Shown here: in pieces, positions 16,262 to 22,350 of the stretch | Position numbering within the stretch: the first letter of the stretch is position 1 | Layout of the letters: each line of letters starts with the position of its first letter | Translations under genes and position numbers: made by a program | DNA from: Candidatus Krumholzibacteriia bacterium | GTDB lineage: Bacteria; Krumholzibacteriota; Krumholzibacteriia; LZORAL124-64-63 | Direction of reading: 5' to 3' | Length of the DNA: 22,350 nucleotides | Assembly (NCBI GenBank): GCA_036351155.1 | Contig: JAZBOO010000281.1 | Location: forward strand, 1-22,350 | Notes under the pieces: generated by a model | Seen by the model: only the letters and a program-made list of their open reading frames with translations | What the model was told of the DNA's origin: nothing | The model's database searches: none

Positions 16262-17230
16262 TTGACCGAAAATCAAGACACACCCCAGGAGAACATGGTG
16301 CCGGCCGAGCGGACCGAGTACCGCGGCGGGCCCGAGACCTGGAACCTGGATGCCTTGCCGCCCGAGCTGGATTACTTTCGCAGCAGCGAGGCGTACCAGG
16401 TCGAGCTGAGCGGGTTTCAGGGCCCCATGGATCTGTTGCTGTACCTGATCAACAAGGAACAGGTGGATATCTACGATATCCCCATCGCCCGGATCACCGA
16501 GCAGTTCATCAGGCACATCGAGGTCATGCAGGCCATCAGCCTGGACACCGCGGGTGAGTTCATCGCCATGGCGGCCACCTTGCTGGTCATCAAGATGAAG
16601 ATGCTCATGCCCTCGCACAACGAGGAAGAGGACGAGGAAGAAGATCCTCGTGCCGAACTTGTGCGCAAGCTGCTGGAATACAAGCGATTCAAGGAGGCCG
16701 CCGAAGCCCTGCAGAGGGCCGAAAGCGACCGTCGGCAATATCATATGCGGCAGACCAAGTTCCCTTTCACCGATGAACTGGACCTGGAGCCCAAGCTACG
16801 GATCGAGATGTTCGACCTGCTGGCGGCCCTGGCCGGGATTTACGACCGCATCCAGGCCAAGCCCGTGCACGAGGTGGAGCGCGAGCCCTATACTGTCGAG
16901 GAAAAGATGTCCCTGATCGAGGAGAAGATCGGGGGCGGGCACATGGTGAACTTCCTTGATCTCTTCAAGGACATCGGCATGAAGATGGAGGTCATCGTGA
17001 CCTTCATCGCCATCCTGGAACTGGTCAAGCGGGGTCGCCTGGAGTTCCTGCAGACCGAAAGCCGTGGCCCTATCTGGATTCAGCGTCCCGGCATCCGGGA
17101 CGAGGAAGAGGCCGGCGAGCCGGACCATCAGTACGAAGTTCTGGACGAGGACCACTCGACCGAAAATCTGGATGAGGACCTCGCAGAGGATGAACCCGAG
17201 GATCCCCAAGAACTGGAGAACACGTCTTGA
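16262..17230 (+). CDS. scpA: Segregation and condensation protein A (SMC kleisin)
   Basis: FQGPMDLLLYLI, DIYDIPIARITEQF, EFIAMAATL, DPRAELVRKLLEYKRFK and IVTFIAILELVK. Start codon uncertain (TTG 16262 or ATG 16295). Confidence 0.95.
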   Translation: MTENQDTPQENMVPAERTEYRGGPETWNLDALPPELDYFRSSEAYQVELSGFQGPMDLLLYLINKEQVDIYDIPIARITEQFIRHIEVMQAISLDTAGEFIAMAATLLVIKMKMLMPSHNEEEDEEEDPRAELVRKLLEYKRFKEAAEALQRAESDRRQYHMRQTKFPFTDELDLEPKLRIEMFDLLAALAGIYDRIQAKPVHEVEREPYTVEEKMSLIEEKIGGGHMVNFLDLFKDIGMKMEVIVTFIAILELVKRGRLEFLQTESRGPIWIQRPGIRDEEEAGEPDHQYEVLDEDHSTENLDEDLAEDEPEDPQELENTS

Positions 17231-17925
17231 AAAGGGAACTGGAAGCCCTGCTGTTCGCCACCGACAGCCCCTTGACCGCCGGACGCATCAAGAAAATATT
17301 GCCCGGCACCGACACCAAGGAAATCAAGGAAGCGCTGGCTGAACTCGAACAGGAGTACAACGAGCAGGAACACGCCTTCACGGTGGTGGAGTTCGGCGGG
17401 GGCTGGCAGATCGCCACCCGGCCCGAGTTTGCCCCCACGGTCGAGAAGATGCTCAAGGGCCGGCGCTTCACCCGGCTGTCCAAGGCGGGCCTGGAAGTCC
17501 TGGCCATCGTGGCCTATCGTCAGCCCATCACCCGGCTGGAGGTGGACGAGATCCGTGGCGTCAACAGCAGCGGGTCCATCAGCACGCTCACCGAGCGCAA
17601 CCTGGTGACGGTGGTCGGTCGCAGTGCCACGGTGGGGAACCCCCTGCTGTACGGCACCACCCGCGAATTTCTCAATCACCTGGGCCTCAAGGGTCTGGGC
17701 CAGCTGCCTGATCTTCCCGAGCTGGAAAAGGTCCTGGAGGACAAGGACCAGCTGAAGGCTTTTGCCAGCCAGGTGGGCCGCGACGTGTCGGACGAGGAAC
17801 TGGAAGACTACTTCTCCGCTCCCGAGGTGGCAGAGACCGTGGTCGAGGAAGAATTTTCACCCGAAGAGCCTGCAGATGATCCCGATGAGAAACCCGAACC
17901 GCGTCAGGAACAAGGTGAAAACTGA
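17227..17925 (+). CDS. scpB: Segregation and condensation protein B
   Basis: EALLF, GGWQIATRPE, LSKAGLEVLAIVAYRQPITR, IRGVNS and YGTTREFL. TTG overlaps the scpA stop. Confidence 0.96.
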   Translation: MKRELEALLFATDSPLTAGRIKKILPGTDTKEIKEALAELEQEYNEQEHAFTVVEFGGGWQIATRPEFAPTVEKMLKGRRFTRLSKAGLEVLAIVAYRQPITRLEVDEIRGVNSSGSISTLTERNLVTVVGRSATVGNPLLYGTTREFLNHLGLKGLGQLPDLPELEKVLEDKDQLKAFASQVGRDVSDEELEDYFSAPEVAETVVEEEFSPEEPADDPDEKPEPRQEQGEN

Positions 17926-17932
17926 ACACTCC

Positions 17933-18694
17933 ATGCGCTTGAACAAGTTTCTGGCCCGCGCTGGGCTGGGATCGCGTCGCGCTGTCGAGGATATCATCCG
18001 GGAGGGCCGGGTCAGCATCAACGGGGACCAGGTCAAAGATCTGGGTCGTCAGGTTGACCCCGATCACGACCAGGTCCAGGTCGATGGGAACCCTGTCCAT
18101 GTGCCTCACGATTATCGGGTTTACGCCTTCCACAAACCGCTGGATGTGGTCAGCACCCTCAAGGCCCAGGGGGGACAGCCGGCCCTGCGCGCCTTCCGCC
18201 TTCAGTCCGATCTTCCGGATCGATTTGTCCCCGTGGGGCGGCTGGATTCCGAGTCGACGGGGCTGCTTCTGTGGACCGATGATGGAAAGTTGAATCAGAT
18301 GCTGGCCCGCCCCAAGACCGGGGTCTGGAAGGTTTACGAGGTGGAGCTGAATGAGCCTCCCTCGGAAATTGTCGTGCCTCAGTTGACCTCGGGGAAGATC
18401 GAGATCGATGGGCGGCCCTGCCTGCCGTGCCGCCTGCGCATGGCCCCGGACAAGACCACCCGCCACTGGATCATGGAACTGCAGGAAGGCCGGCGGCGTC
18501 AGATTCGCCGGATGTTCAAGAAGGTGGGGCTCAAGGTTCTGAAGCTGCACCGGGTCCAGGTGGGCCCCATCAAGCTGGGACTGCTGCGCGCGGGAGATTT
18601 CCGCCGCCTGACCCAGCAGGAAGTTCAGGAGCTGTACCGGACGATCGAGACGGCCAAAGCAAAACCAGATCAGGGTTCCCCGAAATCAAGGTAA
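17933..18694 (+). CDS. rluB: rRNA pseudouridine synthase, RsuA/RluB family
   Basis: ATG at 17933. S4 domain MRLNKFLARAGLGSRR, catalytic VGRLD and EGRRRQIRRM. scpAB-rluB synteny. The exact paralog is uncertain. Confidence 0.85.
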   Translation: MRLNKFLARAGLGSRRAVEDIIREGRVSINGDQVKDLGRQVDPDHDQVQVDGNPVHVPHDYRVYAFHKPLDVVSTLKAQGGQPALRAFRLQSDLPDRFVPVGRLDSESTGLLLWTDDGKLNQMLARPKTGVWKVYEVELNEPPSEIVVPQLTSGKIEIDGRPCLPCRLRMAPDKTTRHWIMELQEGRRRQIRRMFKKVGLKVLKLHRVQVGPIKLGLLRAGDFRRLTQQEVQELYRTIETAKAKPDQGSPKSR

Positions 18695-18806
18695 ATCCTT
18701 GTCTTCGGGACAACTTTGAGGTTTATTTTGTCCCATTGAAGCGAAACCACGCAACAGTGAAGCCTTCACGACTGTCGAGGGCAGAAAGATCAGGATCAGG
18801 CCACTC

Positions 18807-19643
18807 ATGGGAGCTCCCGAACCCCGCATGAAAGCCCCGCTCGCCACCCGCAAAGCCGGTCAGGCCAGGACCCACGTCATGGTGGGCGATGTCTGCTTTG
18901 GCGGCGATAAGGTGGTCTTGATCGGTGGCCCGTGTGCCGTGGAAAATCTGGATCAGATCAAGGAAACGGCCCTGGTGGTCCAGAAAGCCGGCGGCGCCAT
19001 GCTCCGCGGAGGGGCCTGGAAGCCTCGCACCAGCCCTTATGATTTTCAGGGGCTGGGAGCTGAAGGCCTGGAACTGCTGAAGCAGGCCCGCCAGGTCTCG
19101 GGTTTGCCCTTCGTCACCGAGGTGCTGGATCCCCGCGATGTGGCCCTTGTGGCCGAGGCCGCCGACATGCTGCAAATTGGTAGCCGCAGCGTCCAGAATT
19201 TCCCCCTGCTGAAGGAAGTGGGAGCGTCCGGGATACCGGTCCTCCTCAAGCGGGGAATGATGACCACCGTGGAAGAATGGCTCAGTTCGGCCGAATACAT
19301 TCTGGCTGCCGGAAATCCCCATGTGGTGTTCTGCGAACGTGGCATCCGGACCTTCGAGCCGGCCCTGCGCAACACCCTGGATATCGGCTCGGTGGCCGTT
19401 CTCCAGCAGGAAACGCATCTGCCCGTCATCGTCGATCCCAGCCACGCCGCCGGCGACACCCGGTACGTGGAAGCGCTGGCCCGGGCCGCCGTGGCAGCCG
19501 GCGCCGATGGCCTGCTGGTCGAAACTCACTGGCATCCGGCCGAGGCGCTCAGCGATGCCGGACAAAGTCTCAATCCCCTGCGGTTTGCCGAGCTGGCCGG
19601 ATCCTGCCGTGCCATCGCCCGGGCCATCGGGCGGGATCTTTGA
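18807..19643 (+). CDS. aroF: 3-deoxy-7-phosphoheptulonate (DAHP) synthase, type I-beta, catalytic barrel only (start 18807 or 18828)
   Basis: GPCAVE, RGGAWKPRTSPYDFQGLG (KPRT marks DAH7PS rather than the KANR of KDO8PS), LLKRG, CERGIRTFE, DPSH and ALSD. Confidence 0.92.
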   Translation: MGAPEPRMKAPLATRKAGQARTHVMVGDVCFGGDKVVLIGGPCAVENLDQIKETALVVQKAGGAMLRGGAWKPRTSPYDFQGLGAEGLELLKQARQVSGLPFVTEVLDPRDVALVAEAADMLQIGSRSVQNFPLLKEVGASGIPVLLKRGMMTTVEEWLSSAEYILAAGNPHVVFCERGIRTFEPALRNTLDIGSVAVLQQETHLPVIVDPSHAAGDTRYVEALARAAVAAGADGLLVETHWHPAEALSDAGQSLNPLRFAELAGSCRAIARAIGRDL

Positions 19644-19644
19644 T

Positions 19645-21165
19645 ATGGATGGCACCCCGACCACCTTCCCCTTCCACATCGCCGGCGACAAGAATCTCTT
19701 GCAGGACATGCTGCATGACCTGAACTCCGACGTGCTTCCGGCCGATGCCGTGATCGCCATCGATGGCCCGGCCGGCTCTGGCAAGTCCACCACCGCCAAG
19801 GCCCTGGCCAGTCAGTTCGGCCTGCTTTATATCGACTCGGGGGCCATGTACCGTGCCCTGACCGCCGCAGCTCTGGAGGTCGGATGCGATCTGGATGATG
19901 AATCGGCCCTGCTGAACCTCTGTGAAGACGCCGACCTCTTGCTCAAGCCAGGCAAGGGGGAGGTGTCGGTGTTCTGGAACGGGAAGGATGTTTCCCGGGC
20001 CATCCGCACCCCTCAGGTGGACAGCCAGGTCTCCACGGTGGCCGCCCATCCTGCGGTGCGCGCCGAGATGGTGCGTCGGCAACAGGAAATGGGCCGTCTC
20101 GGGGGCGTGGTCATGGAAGGCCGCGATATCGGCAGCGTCGTGTTCCCTCTGGCCACCTGCAAGATCTACCTGCACGCCAGCCCCGAAGCCCGGGGCCAGA
20201 GACGTTTTCGCCAGAACAAGTTGCGTGGTCACGAAGCGGTACTCGAGGACATCATCCAGGATCTGGTGGAGCGAGATCGCCAGGATCAAGAACGGGAAAC
20301 CGGCCCGCTGACTGTCAGCCCCGATGCCATCGTCATCGACAGCAGTGAAATGTCCCTGGAGGAGCAGAACCAGGCCTGCGCCACGGCCTGTCTGGTCAAC
20401 CCGACACTGGACCTGACCATGGACATGGACCGCCCGGTGGCGCGGACGGAATTGCCCTGGATTTATCGTTTTGCCTACAGCTTCATGCGTGGTGCCGCGC
20501 GTTTTTACGGTCTGAAAATGGCCGGGATGCCCATGGACGCCCTGCCCCGTGGGTTCATCGTGGCGGTCAACCACATCAGCTTGTGGGATCCTCCACTGGT
20601 GGGGTCCACTTTTCACCGTTACAAGGTCTACACCCTGGCCAAGGCCGAGCTTTTCAAGCCGGAGTGGTTCATGGGGAAGATCTTTCGCGGGATTGACGGG
20701 ATCCCCATCAATCGCCGGGGATTTGACAAGAAGGCCTTCCTTCAGGCCAATGAGGCCCTGCACAACGGGCACAACCTGGTGATTTTCCCCGAGGGAACCC
20801 GGCAGGCCATCGGCCATCCCGGTCCCGTGCGCAACGGGCTGGGCATCGTGGTTCAGGCCACCGGAGCCCCCATGATCCCCCTTTTCATCCGGGGCAGCTA
20901 CGGAAAACGGCCGGGCGGCTCCCTGCTGAGCCCCCTGGAAGTCAGCGTGGGGCCGGCCATCCGCTGGCACGCCCTGCCGTACTTGACGCAAACTATTGAT
21001 AAAAAAGAGATTAGCCGCCGAATCGCCGCACTGTGCGAAGCCGCATACTGGGAACTGCAGGCGCGATCGTTTGCGCGCTACCCTCAGACCAAGTTCGAAA
21101 AGGAACTGGGCGACATCCAGTTGAAGAAATTCGCCAAGCGCCATCAGAAGGTCTTCAAACGTTAA
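19645..21165 (+). CDS. cmk: Fused cytidylate kinase / lysophospholipid (1-acylglycerol-3-phosphate) acyltransferase (Cmk-PlsC)
   Basis: ATG at 19645, 1 nt after the aroF stop. IAIDGPAGSGKST, DSGAMYRA and MEGRDIG (Cmk), then in the same frame NHISLWD (HxxxxD), AKAELF and FPEGTR (PlsC). Confidence 0.92.
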   Translation: MDGTPTTFPFHIAGDKNLLQDMLHDLNSDVLPADAVIAIDGPAGSGKSTTAKALASQFGLLYIDSGAMYRALTAAALEVGCDLDDESALLNLCEDADLLLKPGKGEVSVFWNGKDVSRAIRTPQVDSQVSTVAAHPAVRAEMVRRQQEMGRLGGVVMEGRDIGSVVFPLATCKIYLHASPEARGQRRFRQNKLRGHEAVLEDIIQDLVERDRQDQERETGPLTVSPDAIVIDSSEMSLEEQNQACATACLVNPTLDLTMDMDRPVARTELPWIYRFAYSFMRGAARFYGLKMAGMPMDALPRGFIVAVNHISLWDPPLVGSTFHRYKVYTLAKAELFKPEWFMGKIFRGIDGIPINRRGFDKKAFLQANEALHNGHNLVIFPEGTRQAIGHPGPVRNGLGIVVQATGAPMIPLFIRGSYGKRPGGSLLSPLEVSVGPAIRWHALPYLTQTIDKKEISRRIAALCEAAYWELQARSFARYPQTKFEKELGDIQLKKFAKRHQKVFKR

Positions 21166-21180
21166 TTTTGCCTCATCGCC

Positions 21181-21209
21181 TTGCAAACCACCCCAAAATC
21201 GCCTAATTT
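21181..21209 (+). promoter_or_regulatory. sigma70 promoter for rpsA
   Basis: TTGCAA (21181-21186)-N17-TAATTT (21204-21209) in the intergenic gap. Confidence 0.65.
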
Positions 21210-21270
21210 ACCCAGCTTACCGGACCAATAGGTCTTGGTGTATTTTTCTGTCACTAGGAGGCAACCTTTC

Positions 21271-22350
21271 ATGACCACCAACCCCAATCACGGTTCCGAC
21301 GAGCCGCGCGAAGAAGCCGCCCAGGCGCCCGTGCCCGTCGAGAACACCACCCGGACCCCCGAACCTGCCGGCCGCCCTCGTCGCCGCGATGACGATGACG
21401 ACGATGACGATCCCCGCGGCGCCGCCGCGGAAGTTCTGCCCACGCCGGCAGCTCCGAAGATCAGCAGTGACTATGACCCGGCCAGCATCGTGAACCTCGA
21501 CTTCATCGAGGAAGAGAACGATGAGGACATGGACCTGGGTTACGACGCCATGCTGGCCCTGATCAACCAGTACGAAGAGACCCTGACCGACATCCAGGAA
21601 GGTCAGATTCTGCAGGGTACTGTGATCGAGGTCCGGGAAAACGAAGTTCTGCTGAACATCGGCTTCAAGAGTGAAGGCGTGATCAACCTCGACGAGTTCG
21701 GCGCCAACGCCGTGACCGAGGGTGATACCTTCGACGTCTTCCTCGAGAAGTTGGAGAACCAGGATGGTCTGGTCGTGCTCTCCAAGGAGCGCGCCGACTT
21801 CCTGAAGGTCTGGGACAAGATCAAGGTTGCGCACGAGGCCGGCGACATCGTCGCGGGTATCGTGGACCGCCGCATCAAGGGTGGTCTGGTGGTCAAGCTG
21901 TGGGGTGTGGACACGTTCCTGCCCGGCAGCCAGGTTGCCCTGCGCCAGGTTCCGAACCTGGAGGACATGATCGGCGAGGAAATCCAGTGCCGTATCATCA
22001 AGAAGAACAAGCGTCGGCGGAACGTCGTCGTTTCCCGCCGGATCGTCCTGGAGCAGGAGCGTGAGAGCAAGAAGCGCTCCCTCATTTCCGAGCTCGAAAA
22101 GGGCCAGGTCCGCCTGGGTGTGGTCAAGAACATCACCGACTTCGGCGCCTTCGTCGACCTCGGCGGTATTGACGGCCTGCTGCATATCACCGACCTGAGC
22201 TGGGGCCGGGTCAACCACCCCAGTGAAGTGGTGGCCATCGGTCAGGAGATCGAGGTCAAGGTGCTGGACTTCGATCTGCAGCGCGAGCGCATCAGCCTCG
22301 GCCTCAAGCAGGTCACCGACAACCCGTGGGACGACATTGGCCAGAAGTAC
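21271..22350 (+). CDS. rpsA: 30S ribosomal protein S1 (3'-truncated by window edge; absent from ORF track)
   Basis: AGGAGG SD at 21256-21261, ATG at 21271, frame open to the end of the window. My translation gives NIGFKSEG, RIKGGLVV, FLPGSQV, NVVVSRR, VKNITDFGAFVDLGGIDGLLHITDLSWGRVNHP and RISLGLKQ. cmk-rpsA synteny. Confidence 0.98.
   Translation, partial: MTTNPNHGSDEPREEAAQAPVPVENTTRTPEPAGRPRRRDDDDDDDDPRGAAAEVLPTPAAPKISSDYDPASIVNLDFIEEENDEDMDLGYDAMLALINQYEETLTDIQEGQILQGTVIEVRENEVLLNIGFKSEGVINLDEFGANAVTEGDTFDVFLEKLENQDGLVVLSKERADFLKVWDKIKVAHEAGDIVAGIVDRRIKGGLVVKLWGVDTFLPGSQVALRQVPNLEDMIGEEIQCRIIKKNKRRRNVVVSRRIVLEQERESKKRSLISELEKGQVRLGVVKNITDFGAFVDLGGIDGLLHITDLSWGRVNHPSEVVAIGQEIEVKVLDFDLQRERISLGLKQVTDNPWDDIGQKY

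Noticed and set aside
19321..19644. ORF-track N-terminal extensions of cmk (also hslV 4306, argF 6254, dapB 10240, rluB 17762)
   Set aside because: They overlap upstream genes. Downstream starts with an SD or stop/start coupling match family N-termini.

Overview
GC-rich bacterial chromosomal segment made almost entirely of core housekeeping genes, nearly all on the + strand: topA (5'-truncated), trmFO, xerC, hslV, hslU, argF, an Ig-domain lipoprotein, dapF, dapA, dapB, then rpsT on the - strand, then uvrC, xerD, an orphan lipoprotein, trpS, scpA, scpB, an rluB-like pseudouridine synthase, a type I-beta DAHP synthase, a cmk::plsC fusion and rpsA (3'-truncated and missing from the ORF track). 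I see no mobile element, CRISPR array, tRNA/rRNA gene or defence island, and no clear multi-gene novel system. The lipoprotein family together with strong SD sequences and sigma70-type promoters suggests a non-Bacteroidota member of the FCB group (Krumholzibacteriota/Latescibacterota-like; inference only). The best leads are fine-scale. (1) The Ig lipoprotein is strongly enriched in Bacteroidota-type D-S/T-(A/L/V/I/M/T) O-glycosylation sequons. (2) That gene probably starts at a non-canonical ATC codon. (3) TrpRS carries a four-Cys Fe-S-type motif and is preceded by a structured leader with a Cys-rich uORF. (4) Cmk and PlsC are fused. (5) An orphan lipoprotein has a G-quadruplex/i-motif element upstream. 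(6) The DAHP synthase has no regulatory domain.
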